The position numbers were made by a program, and so were the translations under genes. The notes under the pieces were generated by a model. It was given only the letters and a program-made list of their open reading frames with translations. It was not told the origin of the DNA and ran no database searches. A DNA stretch of 64,000 bases from a virus. Where the stretch lies: IMG/VR virus record IMGVR_UViG_3300042691_027609. One strand, written 5' to 3'. The first letter of the stretch is position 1. Each line of letters starts with the position of its first letter. Below are positions 1 to 11,147 of the stretch, piece by piece.

Positions 1-710
1 ACACATTAGAACTTTCAGCTGATTATACAGGTAAACGATATGACTCACTTTTCACTGGAATAGAATTTCAAAATCTATCGGCTAATAGATCTAAAGTAGA
101 CGATGTCGTATCTAAGCTTGATGGCAAATTGATCATAAAAGAATTTCCAATGGGAAAGACGACTCCTCAGACCATAGAAAACCACATACAAAAATGTAAA
201 GATTTGGATTTTGTACCAGATCTTATCATTATAGATTACGTAGATTTGTTATCTTCAAGGAGAAAATCAGTTGATAGAAAAGATGAAATTGACGATGTTT
301 ATACCGCTATCAAAGGTATGGCTAGAGAAATTAAAATTCCAATTTGGACAGTGTCTCAAGTAAATAGAGCTGGAGCCAAAGATGACGTGATCGAAGGAGA
401 CAAAGCCGCTGGATCGTATAATAAAATAATGATCGCAGATTTTGCTATGTCTTTATCGAGAAAGAGAGAAGATAAAATAAAGGGAACAGGTCGTATTCAC
501 ATAATGAAAAACAGATTCGGAGCAGATGGTATGACTTATGGATCATTGGTAAATACCCACAATGGCAAGATTGAGATTAACACCTCTGAAATGTCAGAAG
601 ATCAATTAAATTTTGATACGGGCAGTAACAATACTGGATTCAAAGCATCTCCATTTTCGAGTGTAGAAAAAGATTATTTGAAAACAAAGTTTTTTGAATT
701 AGGTATGTAA
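1..710 (+). CDS. DnaB-like (SF4) replicative helicase, 5'-truncated by the window edge
   Basis: IIIDYVDLL (Walker B), SQVNR and KNRFG motifs; the frame appears to run in from upstream of the window. Confidence 0.9.
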   Translation, partial: TLELSADYTGKRYDSLFTGIEFQNLSANRSKVDDVVSKLDGKLIIKEFPMGKTTPQTIENHIQKCKDLDFVPDLIIIDYVDLLSSRRKSVDRKDEIDDVYTAIKGMAREIKIPIWTVSQVNRAGAKDDVIEGDKAAGSYNKIMIADFAMSLSRKREDKIKGTGRIHIMKNRFGADGMTYGSLVNTHNGKIEINTSEMSEDQLNFDTGSNNTGFKASPFSSVEKDYLKTKFFELGM

Positions 711-755
711 TTTTTCGATAAGTCTCATATTTATTGATATAAAATCATAATCGCC

Positions 756-980
756 ATGAGATTCTTAATCGACATTTTCAAGAATGCCCCTAAAGGAGAC
801 GCTTTTAGAATGTCTGAACCACCTGTAAAATACGCTGACAAAATCAGTCAATTGAACAGCATTGGTTCGGATCAATACCGTAAATTGGATGCTGCTACTT
901 TGAATAAAGTTGCAAAAACCCAAGCCCAATTGGTAGCTTCTACTAGCGGAAACAACGCAGTACCTGGAGTAAAAGCCTAA
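756..980 (+). CDS. Hypothetical protein
   Basis: 74-aa ORF between an ATATTTAT motif (727-734) and a terminator. Confidence 0.65.
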   Translation: MRFLIDIFKNAPKGDAFRMSEPPVKYADKISQLNSIGSDQYRKLDAATLNKVAKTQAQLVASTSGNNAVPGVKA

Positions 981-1018
981 TTCAACTGCATAAACTAATA
1001 CCCGAATTCGGAATAAAG

Positions 1019-1043
1019 AACCGTTCTTAATCGAACGGTTTTT
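1019..1043 (+). terminator. Intrinsic terminator
   Basis: AACCGTTC-ttaatc-GAACGGTT hairpin followed by a T run. Confidence 0.6.
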
Positions 1044-1116
1044 AAGTCTAAAAAAATGAAGCAAAAAAGCTCTGAAAAGAGTTATGTCAACTAGTAACTA
1101 ACAAACAATTTATAAA

Positions 1117-3197
<2,081 letters not shown>

Positions 3198-3225
3198 ATA
3201 GAGTATATTTATTTAAAATAGAAAT

Positions 3226-3432
3226 ATGATTACTACTATCATTTTATCGGTCATCGGTCTCTTACAAATTTTTCAATGGATTGAATTGACAAAATTGAAA
3301 AGAGAGAATAAATTGCAATGGAACCAAATCAGAGATTTGGCATCAAATTTTGCTAAACAAATCACTCTACTTAAACATGAGTTCGAACAAAAAGCCGTCC
3401 AAAAACCAACAAGAACAAGAAGGGTTGGGTGA
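3226..3432 (+). CDS. Membrane-anchored coiled-coil protein
   Basis: N-terminal hydrophobic helix; ATATTTAT at 3205. Confidence 0.6.
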   Translation: MITTIILSVIGLLQIFQWIELTKLKRENKLQWNQIRDLASNFAKQITLLKHEFEQKAVQKPTRTRRVG

Positions 3433-3589
3433 TACTATCGCCTATCTAACTTCGCTTCTGCAATTGGATAAACTAGTCAAAGAAGTTACTTCTGCGATGG
3501 GAATAGAAGATTGCGGTTGCGATAGGCGTAGAGAGAAACTAAATGAAATGTTTCCATACAAAAAAGACGAAGAGAAAAAAGAGCAATAA
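3377..3589 (+). CDS. Phage hypothetical protein (GLGDT...CGC..R...LN type)
   Basis: Motif recalled from small phage proteins; ATG at 3377. Confidence 0.6.
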   Translation: MSSNKKPSKNQQEQEGLGDTIAYLTSLLQLDKLVKEVTSAMGIEDCGCDRRREKLNEMFPYKKDEEKKEQ

Positions 3590-3609
3590 ATCAATTATAT
3601 TAAATAGTT

Positions 3610-5913
3610 ATGAGTAAAAGTTATGTATTAGTAGACAGCTTAGACAAGCTGAAGCAAATGGTGTCTGAGATCAAATCCAACGATCTTATTGCATTCGATA
3701 CCGAAACCAATTCACTTAATCCCAGAAAAGGCAAAATCATAGGATTCAGTATTAGCACCAAACCTGATACTGGTTACTATTTTCCTACGATGTTGTTTCA
3801 AAACAATCAACTACAAGACGCAAAGATAGATGATCATCTTTGCCACGATCTCGCTAAAAAAGCAATCAATTTACTAGTTGGTAAAAAGCTAGTAATGCAT
3901 AATGCGAGCTTTGACTGTAGATTCGTAAAAGCATTTTACGGTATCGATTTGACGCCAAGTCTTTACGTCGATACTGTATTGTTGGTACACACAGTACAAG
4001 AAGAAGGCGCTGGATTCGGATCTGGTAAACCTTTTGGATTGAAAGAGATCGCTAAGTCAATTCAACAACACATCGGTCTTGACGTAGAAAAAGCTGCAAA
4101 CGAAGAGCAAGTACTACTCAAGCAATCCATCAAACAAAACGGTGGTCAAACCACAATGGAGAATTACGAGATATGGAAAGCCGATATAAATATTCTTGCA
4201 GAGTACGCTGCTGCTGATACTGATCTTACACTTCGATTGTATCACCATTTTATTAAGACGCTTCAAGAAGAAGGTCTAGAAAAGTTTTTCTTTGAGGACG
4301 AAGTAATGCCTCTGTATAAAGAAGTAACTATTCCGATGGAAGAAAGAGGTGTTAGGCTTGATATGGATTTGATAAAGCAAGCCAAACAAGAGTTGGAAGT
4401 AGAGATGAAAAAGCTATCTGACGAAGTCATGAAGACTCTAATATCTGATTCTCGAGTACAACAGTGGGTAATATATAAAGCTACAGAAGCATATCCACCA
4501 AATCACAAAGGTACATTTGCTCAGAGACTAATCGCAGAAGCTGATCTGGATGTGCCTAAATCTGAAAAGACAGGCAAATATAGCATAACTCAAGCAAACA
4601 TTACCAGGCTTCCAGAATCAGCACACAAGAAGTTCCTATTGACTGGTGATCAGAATCTTTTAGATGAAGACATAGTTATCAAGCTTTGCATGAAACTCTG
4701 GAAAGAAGACAACGATGGTAAGTTTTTCAATATACAGTCTCGTGATCACTTGGGTGAAATAGCATTCGGCGTACTTGGCATAAAGCCGCTTTCTACTACT
4801 GCGAAAGGCAAACCTCAGTTTGATGACAACTTCATAGAATCTATAATGGATAAATACGATTGGGCTAAAAAGCTACAAATGTATAATCGATTACTCAAAA
4901 TCAGTTCGACTTACGTAGATAGATTCTTGTACGGCCAAGAAGATGGCAGATACTATTTTTCATATAGACAACACGGTACCATTTCAGGTCGATATGGATC
5001 TGATGCTCAACAGTTGCCGCGAGTAAAAGAAGAAGGCGATGACGATCCAATAGTTGTTAAGTACAACAACATGGTTAGAGCATTCTTTATTCACGATGAA
5101 GGTAACCTATTCATAGACTCCGATTATGAATCTCTTGAGCCTCACGTATTTGGTGATGTATCTGGGGACGAAGGTCTAAAAGACATTTTTAGAAACAATT
5201 GGGATTTCTATTCTACTATTGCAATCAAAACAGAGAAGCTAGATCAATATTCGCCTGATAAAAAAGCAGAGAATTATCTGCGTAAACAAAGATCTGATAT
5301 TAGAAACAAAGCGAAAGCTTACGCGCTTGGTATTCCATACGGTATGGGTGCCTATGCTCTTGGTCGTAATATCAACGTGGCAACCAAAGAAGCACAAAAA
5401 CTTGTTGATGGTTATTTAAATGGATTTCCTGAACTCAAGAAGTGGATGCAAAGATCAGAAAACGATGCTCGCACTCTTGGATACGTTAAGACCAAAGTAG
5501 GTCGCATCAGACACTTGCCAAAAGTCAAGAAGATATACGAAGCTCTTGGAGATGCAATGTTAGATTGGAATACCAAACGTCAATTGGAAAAAGAATACGG
5601 CAAAGAAAAGATACTGAATCTGTCTAGAGACTTCATTAACGGTTTAAACAATAGTAAAAACTTTCAGATCCAATCGCTTGCAGCTTCGATAGTGAATCGT
5701 GCAGCATTAGCCATAAATAGAAAGTTCAAAGAAGTTGGCATCAATGGTATTGTATTGGCGCAAGTACACGATCAGTTAATCATGGAAGTTGAAGAGTCTC
5801 GCATAGAAGAAGCTACAAAGATAGTACAAGACGCAATGGAGAATACTACTAAACTTAGTATAGCACTCAAAGCGCCTCCCTCTGTAGCGCACAACTGGCG
5901 CGATGGTCACTAA
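3610..5913 (+). CDS. polA: Family A DNA polymerase with 3'-5' exonuclease
   Basis: Exo motifs FDTET, HNASFD, YAAAD; pol motifs SDYESLE (A), RNKAKAYALGIPYG (B), QVHDQL (C). Confidence 0.95.
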   Translation: MSKSYVLVDSLDKLKQMVSEIKSNDLIAFDTETNSLNPRKGKIIGFSISTKPDTGYYFPTMLFQNNQLQDAKIDDHLCHDLAKKAINLLVGKKLVMHNASFDCRFVKAFYGIDLTPSLYVDTVLLVHTVQEEGAGFGSGKPFGLKEIAKSIQQHIGLDVEKAANEEQVLLKQSIKQNGGQTTMENYEIWKADINILAEYAAADTDLTLRLYHHFIKTLQEEGLEKFFFEDEVMPLYKEVTIPMEERGVRLDMDLIKQAKQELEVEMKKLSDEVMKTLISDSRVQQWVIYKATEAYPPNHKGTFAQRLIAEADLDVPKSEKTGKYSITQANITRLPESAHKKFLLTGDQNLLDEDIVIKLCMKLWKEDNDGKFFNIQSRDHLGEIAFGVLGIKPLSTTAKGKPQFDDNFIESIMDKYDWAKKLQMYNRLLKISSTYVDRFLYGQEDGRYYFSYRQHGTISGRYGSDAQQLPRVKEEGDDDPIVVKYNNMVRAFFIHDEGNLFIDSDYESLEPHVFGDVSGDEGLKDIFRNNWDFYSTIAIKTEKLDQYSPDKKAENYLRKQRSDIRNKAKAYALGIPYGMGAYALGRNINVATKEAQKLVDGYLNGFPELKKWMQRSENDARTLGYVKTKVGRIRHLPKVKKIYEALGDAMLDWNTKRQLEKEYGKEKILNLSRDFINGLNNSKNFQIQSLAASIVNRAALAINRKFKEVGINGIVLAQVHDQLIMEVEESRIEEATKIVQDAMENTTKLSIALKAPPSVAHNWRDGH

Positions 5914-5954
5914 TGAATTAACTAAAATATCATATATTTATTAATAAAAATACC

Positions 5955-6260
5955 GTGAAGCCTTTCGATTACAACAAGTATCTGCAGAATAATTCTCTTC
6001 TAAAAGAAGAAAAAATGGAAGAAGCTCAACTAGATCCAGTAAATCAACAGTTATCAGATTTAGGTCTTAAAGAAGCTAATACTCATTTGGGAAATACGTC
6101 TAATGTTCATCCATGGATCCTCACAGCAATGGAAGAATTAAAAGATGACTTGGATTTTTATTTAGGACCAAAAAATCAATACGCTTTATCGAGAATAGAT
6201 TTTGATTTCATTAAACAAAAAATGAACAATCTAACTAGATTAATTAATAAATACAAGTAA
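5955..6260 (+). CDS. Hypothetical, probable virion/internal protein with shared N-terminal leader
   Basis: MKPFDYNKYLQNNSLLKEE leader shared with 6265 and 9591; GTG start; ATATTTAT upstream. Confidence 0.65.
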   Translation: MKPFDYNKYLQNNSLLKEEKMEEAQLDPVNQQLSDLGLKEANTHLGNTSNVHPWILTAMEELKDDLDFYLGPKNQYALSRIDFDFIKQKMNNLTRLINKYK

Positions 6261-6264
6261 AAAA

Positions 6265-6714
6265 ATGAAATATTTCGATTATAACGAGTACCTAAAGAAC
6301 AATCCTCTTTTGAAAGAAGAGCAACTAAACGAGTTTGATTTAACTCCCTTCTACCAAGGACAACTCATACAACAAGCATTGCAAAGTGCTCCACAAGCAA
6401 TGTCGGAAGCAGACAAGATTCTAACTTACGTTCTTATGGGCATCGGAGTTGGAGCTATAGGAGGAGGATTAGCCGCCTACGCAAAGGACAAATTTGGATC
6501 GCTCAATCCCATACCTATAATCAAACATTGGTGGGCAGATCGCCAAAAACGTAAAGCACTTGAACCTATTATTGCTAAGCTTAAACAAGACCCTGAGGTG
6601 ATGAAGTATGTTAGCAATAAGAACATGAGAGGCATACAAGCCGCTATCAAGAGCAAACTATCTCCAGAAGAACAAAAATACATCGGATCTCTAACAAGAG
6701 ACGCACTATCATAA
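6265..6714 (+). CDS. Hypothetical protein with shared leader and one hydrophobic helix
   Basis: MKYFDYNEYLKNNPLLKEE leader; LTYVLMGIGVGAIGGGLAAY segment. Confidence 0.7.
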   Translation: MKYFDYNEYLKNNPLLKEEQLNEFDLTPFYQGQLIQQALQSAPQAMSEADKILTYVLMGIGVGAIGGGLAAYAKDKFGSLNPIPIIKHWWADRQKRKALEPIIAKLKQDPEVMKYVSNKNMRGIQAAIKSKLSPEEQKYIGSLTRDALS

Positions 6715-6768
6715 CTCAAAAAATAACTGTCCTGCTACCAAAGGACTACCTATCTAGACCATAGGTGC

Positions 6769-6799
6769 AAGCTTGACCCCGTAAGGTTGAGCTTTTTTT
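6769..6799 (+). terminator. Intrinsic terminator preceded by two abutting hairpins
   Basis: AAGCTTGACC-ccgtaa-GGTTGAGCTT followed by a T run. Confidence 0.75.
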
Positions 6800-6944
6800 A
6801 TGTAACCAAAAATATAAAATTCTCCAATTTTTCGTATTTACGTATATTTATAATAAATAAACAAAGGTACTCGATAGGCCTTTGGTTACGAAACAAATCA
6901 ATTATTTAACCCGCTGACTGAAAAGCAGCACAAAACTTAAAAAC

Positions 6945-7355
6945 ATGAGAGATCTATTACGATCTTTCGAGCTTGATCCGTTTGACTTGCTCTGGAAAGA
7001 TTTATTTGTATCAAATTCAAACTTCGCGAATATCTCGCATCGCATCACCCATCCTGTAGACATTTACGAAAACGAAGACGGCATCGCATTTGAAATTGCA
7101 GCTGTCGGTCTTGACAAAAAAGACATTGAAATTTTTGTTGAAGGCGAACAACTTCGTATCAAGTACGAAAAGCCTGAGACAGAAGAACGTCCCGCTATTT
7201 ATAAGGGCATCAAAAGATCGTCCTTCGATATCACATGGAAAATCTCAACCAAATTCGATCTAAACAAGTTAGAGGCCAACTTGGATAAAGGATTGTTGAA
7301 GCTCAACATTCCCATTGCGGCAGGCAAAGCCATTCGCAAGATCGAACTCAAATAA
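6945..7355 (+). CDS. Small heat-shock protein (Hsp20/alpha-crystallin)
   Basis: PVDIYE, GLDKKDIEI, ANLDKGLLKLNIP and terminal IxL motif. Confidence 0.92.
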   Translation: MRDLLRSFELDPFDLLWKDLFVSNSNFANISHRITHPVDIYENEDGIAFEIAAVGLDKKDIEIFVEGEQLRIKYEKPETEERPAIYKGIKRSSFDITWKISTKFDLNKLEANLDKGLLKLNIPIAAGKAIRKIELK

Positions 7356-7381
7356 TTAAAAAGGCCTATCGATACCAAGTT

Positions 7382-7570
7382 ATGACAATCTGTAAAGAGG
7401 TTTTGAACATCAACGGAACTCTGTTCCTCGTAAAAAAAGTACTGAGAGAAGAATACTGCAAAGACGTAGAACTGCTAAAACAGTGGTACTTGGCAGATAT
7501 AGTTTTTAGAAAAGAAACTCTTTTGTATTTTTGTGAACAGATCGTTGATCTAGATTACGAAACAATTTAA
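7382..7570 (+). CDS. Hypothetical protein
   Basis: 62-aa ORF with AAGTTATG start, inside the chaperone cluster. Confidence 0.6.
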   Translation: MTICKEVLNINGTLFLVKKVLREEYCKDVELLKQWYLADIVFRKETLLYFCEQIVDLDYETI

Positions 7571-7584
7571 AAAATAAAAACAAC

Positions 7585-7875
7585 ATGAGCAAACTACAAC
7601 CGATGAACGGAAATGTTATCTTGAAGCCGATCGAATCGCAAGAAGAGACATTTGGTAACATCATCATCCCCGACCTTGGCAAAGAGCGTCCTGAAATGGC
7701 GCAAGTCGTCGCGACCAGTAAAACATACAACTGGCACAACGGCGATCACGTATCGAGCAACCTCGAACCAGGAGAAACAGTACTAATTCCTAAAATGGGC
7801 GCAGTAAGAGTAACCATCGATGGAGAAGACTATTTCATTTGTAAAGAAACAGAAATTTTATCAAAACTTGCATAA
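7585..7875 (+). CDS. groES: Co-chaperonin GroES
   Basis: LQPMNGNVILK, GNIIIPD mobile loop, DGEDY...ETEIL; adjacent to GroEL. Confidence 0.92.
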   Translation: MSKLQPMNGNVILKPIESQEETFGNIIIPDLGKERPEMAQVVATSKTYNWHNGDHVSSNLEPGETVLIPKMGAVRVTIDGEDYFICKETEILSKLA

Positions 7876-7885
7876 AAAGCACAAT

Positions 7886-9511
7886 ATGTCAACAACACAA
7901 AATTTATTCGGTAAAGAATTAAAAGAAAAATTGCAAGCCGGCATTCAAAAATTGAACAGCGCGGTTTCATCTACACTCGGTCCCGGTGGCCGTACAGTCT
8001 TGATTAAAGAACAATCAGGCGAAGTAAAAGTTACAAAAGACGGAGTCTCTGTAGCAAAAGCATTTCATAAGCTAGAAGACGACGTAGAAGATTTAGGAGC
8101 ACAGCTCGTTAAACAAGTAAGTATTAAATCAGCAAACGAAGCCGGTGACGGAACCACGACATCTACAATCTTGGCAACCAAAATGGTTGAAGAAGGTTTA
8201 ACCCTAATTCACCAAGGAGTTAACGCAGTAGCGGTTAAAAAACAAATCGATTCAGCCGTTGATAAAGCCGTAAAGAAAATCAAAGAAATGGCAATTGACG
8301 TATCAACAGAAGATCAGATTCGCCAAGTAGCCACAATCTCAGGCAACAACGATTCAGAAATCGGAGAACTTATCGCTACAGCTATCGATAAAGTAGGTCG
8401 TGAAGGAGTTGTTACTATCGAAGAATCTAAAACTGGAGAAACACAATTAGAAGTCGTAGAAGGTATGCAGTTCGAACGCGGATACAAATCTCCTTACTTT
8501 GTTACCAACAACACAACCATGCAAGCAGTACTTGAGGATCCTTACATTTTGATGTATGATGGTCGTATCTCAACTGCACAAGAGTTGTTGCAAGCTCTGA
8601 CAAAAGCAAACGCAGAAAATAAACCGCTTTTGATTGTAGCAGAAGATATTGGTGATGAAGCATTAGCAACTTTGATCGTAAATAAAATGCGAGGCATTGT
8701 TCAAGTATGTGCTGTTAAAGCTCCTGAGTTTGGAGAAAGAAAAACTTTGATTCTTGAAGATATGGCCATTTTGACAGGCGGTGAAGTACTATCAAAAGAC
8801 AAAGGACACAAGCTCGATAAAATTGCTCCTGCGCAATACGGCGAGTTCCTAGGTAGAGCAAGAATGGTTACGATTAGTAAGGATCAAACAACCATCATTG
8901 ATGGCAAGGGAGAAGAATCAGCAATCGAATTGAGAGCTGCAGAAATCAAAGATCAGATCGAGAAAGCCACTTCTTTCTACGAGAAAGAGAAATTACAAGA
9001 GCGTCTTGGTAAATTGATCGGAGGTGTTGCTATCATCTCTGTAGGTGGTAATTCAGATATCGAAATCAAAGAAAAAGCCGATCGTGTTGAAGACGCACTT
9101 TTCGCTACGAAAGCAGCGCTTGCAGAAGGTATCGTTCCTGGCGGAGGAATCGTACTTTACGATGTACTCGATTGCTCAGAAGATAACAACGATAAAGGAT
9201 TACAAATCGTTAGTATGGCATGCGCAGCGCCTTTCATGAAGATTCTTGAGAACGCAGGAAACGATAAGTGGTACGCAGTTGCTCACGAGATTCACACTTC
9301 TAAATTGAAAAATGCTACCTACGATGCCAAGAATGGCAAAGTGGTTGACGCATTCGAAGCGGGCATCATTGATCCAGCAAAAGTAGTTATCACAGCTCTT
9401 AAAAACGCAGCTTCTGTTGCAGGAACTATTCTAACCACAGAATCAGTCGTGTTTGAGAAATCAGACAAGAAAGCTGATGATGGAGGAATGGGCGGTATGA
9501 TGGGCATGTAA
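7886..9511 (+). CDS. groEL: Chaperonin GroEL
   Basis: [30 protein letters not shown] and GGM tail; likely start MSTTQ at 7886. Confidence 0.97.
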   Translation: MSTTQNLFGKELKEKLQAGIQKLNSAVSSTLGPGGRTVLIKEQSGEVKVTKDGVSVAKAFHKLEDDVEDLGAQLVKQVSIKSANEAGDGTTTSTILATKMVEEGLTLIHQGVNAVAVKKQIDSAVDKAVKKIKEMAIDVSTEDQIRQVATISGNNDSEIGELIATAIDKVGREGVVTIEESKTGETQLEVVEGMQFERGYKSPYFVTNNTTMQAVLEDPYILMYDGRISTAQELLQALTKANAENKPLLIVAEDIGDEALATLIVNKMRGIVQVCAVKAPEFGERKTLILEDMAILTGGEVLSKDKGHKLDKIAPAQYGEFLGRARMVTISKDQTTIIDGKGEESAIELRAAEIKDQIEKATSFYEKEKLQERLGKLIGGVAIISVGGNSDIEIKEKADRVEDALFATKAALAEGIVPGGGIVLYDVLDCSEDNNDKGLQIVSMACAAPFMKILENAGNDKWYAVAHEIHTSKLKNATYDAKNGKVVDAFEAGIIDPAKVVITALKNAASVAGTILTTESVVFEKSDKKADDGGMGGMMGM

Positions 9512-9532
9512 TCAAAATTAGTTCTAAATTAG

Positions 9533-9563
9533 AGAGCGCCTTAGGGCGCTTTTCTTTTTTTTT
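9533..9563 (+). terminator. Intrinsic terminator
   Basis: AGAGCGCC-ttag-GGCGCTTT followed by a T run. Confidence 0.8.
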
Positions 9564-9590
9564 ACATATTTATTAATATAAAAAAAATAA

Positions 9591-10088
9591 ATGAAACCAT
9601 TCGATTACAACGCGTATTTAAAAAACAATCTTCTTTTGAAAGAGAGTATTAATGAAGGCGACTTAAAAAGTTTAATAGCACCTCTAACAGCAAAGCTAGA
9701 ATCAATGGGATATGAGGTAGACTACGATTCTTCATTCGGTTTTATGCAAATTGAAGCATTCAAAACCCTTCCAGACGGAAGTATATTGAGAATGACAGTA
9801 GTACCATCAGATGCAGAATTACAGCAGAAAAACTACACCGGAACTTCAGATCAGTTTTCAACTGTGGATGTGGATTTTACTCACTGGACAACTCAAATCA
9901 CAAAGAAGCTCTTTGGTTTGTACAAATCAAAGACTCAAGTAATGAATAGACTTCCTGACGACGAAGGAAACAATATAGATTTAGGAACAGGCGTGTTCGA
10001 TATTCCTGTTGAAGATTCAGTAAATAGAGTCATAGGACTTTTAAAGAAAGCAGAAGCAAAAGTTGGTGGTCAAAATAAAAAGCTTTAA
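9591..10088 (+). CDS. Hypothetical protein with shared N-terminal leader
   Basis: MKPFDYNAYLKNNLLLKES; has its own ATATTTAT motif and terminator. Confidence 0.7.
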   Translation: MKPFDYNAYLKNNLLLKESINEGDLKSLIAPLTAKLESMGYEVDYDSSFGFMQIEAFKTLPDGSILRMTVVPSDAELQQKNYTGTSDQFSTVDVDFTHWTTQITKKLFGLYKSKTQVMNRLPDDEGNNIDLGTGVFDIPVEDSVNRVIGLLKKAEAKVGGQNKKL

Positions 10089-10113
10089 TTAAATAAAAAA
10101 TATAAAACAAGTG

Positions 10114-10138
10114 AAAGCACCTTTTCGGTGCTTTTTTT
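10114..10138 (+). terminator. Intrinsic terminator
   Basis: AAAGCACC/GGTGCTTT hairpin followed by a T run. Confidence 0.8.
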
Positions 10139-10205
10139 ATGTCTCTTAGAAAATATATTTTCTCTATCTAAAATAATTAGATATATTTAATAAAATTACA
10201 AAGTT

Positions 10206-11147
10206 ATGAATAAATTTGCATTAGTTTCTATTATGGGGAACGTAGGAACAACATTCAATTCCCAAGGAGGGGGTTATGGATTGATAGCCACCAAAATGAT
10301 GAGAGATCGATATCCCACCGATCAAATCGATGTTAATCCCGATCCTGCAACTTGGCACGACTACGATCACATCTTCGTTTGCGAAGGAGTCAACTTCGTA
10401 GAGGGCAGCTTTAATGTTCCCGGTGGACCACAACAAGTACATCACGACAAGATGAAAGCAATGGGTGGTTATCAAGGCGGAGTAACATTCATCAATCAAA
10501 AGTTCGACTTCGAAACATTCAACAAACGCATCGACATCAAATACGCAGAGTTTCCACAAGGCGAAGTGCTAGATCTATTTCTTGTTGAAGGTATTGTCAA
10601 AGAGAAATGCGTTATAGGAGATTCACACGCATTGAGCGTTTGGCGTCCTGGATTTGGATTAGATTGGACTGCTGGTCGTACTCTACACGGATTCTTGAAG
10701 AGAAACACTCCGGAGCAACTCAACGAAAAGTACGAAGAGACTGTTCTCTATTTTGGAAATATCGATTTGCGATTCCATCTGATGAGACAAGAAGATCCTG
10801 TTGGCGCTACTGTTGATCTGTTTACCAGATATGTAGAGTTCGCAAAGCAACTCAACAACGTAACACTAGTAGAACTACTTCCAGTAGAACATGAAAGTCG
10901 TAAGATTCCAGGTACGGGCTTATACAAGAAGCAACCATTTTTTGGAACCAGAGAAGAGAGAATGAAATTAAGAGAAGTTGCCAATAAGATCATCAACGAA
11001 TCAGGTCTAAAAGTTATTCAGTGGCCACAAGAGTGGATCGATGAAGACGGTACAAAGATGCTCGATATCCTTGAACAGAAACAATCTGTTCACTTGCGAC
11101 CAAAAAATTATCCATACATAAACGAAATTACGAATGTTTCTAAATAA
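10206..11147 (+). CDS. Two-domain protein: N-terminal domain reminiscent of T4 beta-glucosyltransferase N-domain plus C-terminal SGNH/GDSL-like domain
   Basis: SGNH-like blocks VIGDSH, FGNIDLR, QSVHL; the N-terminal resemblance was judged by eye. Confidence 0.55.
   Translation: MNKFALVSIMGNVGTTFNSQGGGYGLIATKMMRDRYPTDQIDVNPDPATWHDYDHIFVCEGVNFVEGSFNVPGGPQQVHHDKMKAMGGYQGGVTFINQKFDFETFNKRIDIKYAEFPQGEVLDLFLVEGIVKEKCVIGDSHALSVWRPGFGLDWTAGRTLHGFLKRNTPEQLNEKYEETVLYFGNIDLRFHLMRQEDPVGATVDLFTRYVEFAKQLNNVTLVELLPVEHESRKIPGTGLYKKQPFFGTREERMKLREVANKIINESGLKVIQWPQEWIDEDGTKMLDILEQKQSVHLRPKNYPYINEITNVSK

Noticed and set aside
981-1116. Cobalamin riboswitch upstream of class II RNR
   Set aside because: Short AT-rich spacer with only a terminator and small palindromes; no B12-box recognisable
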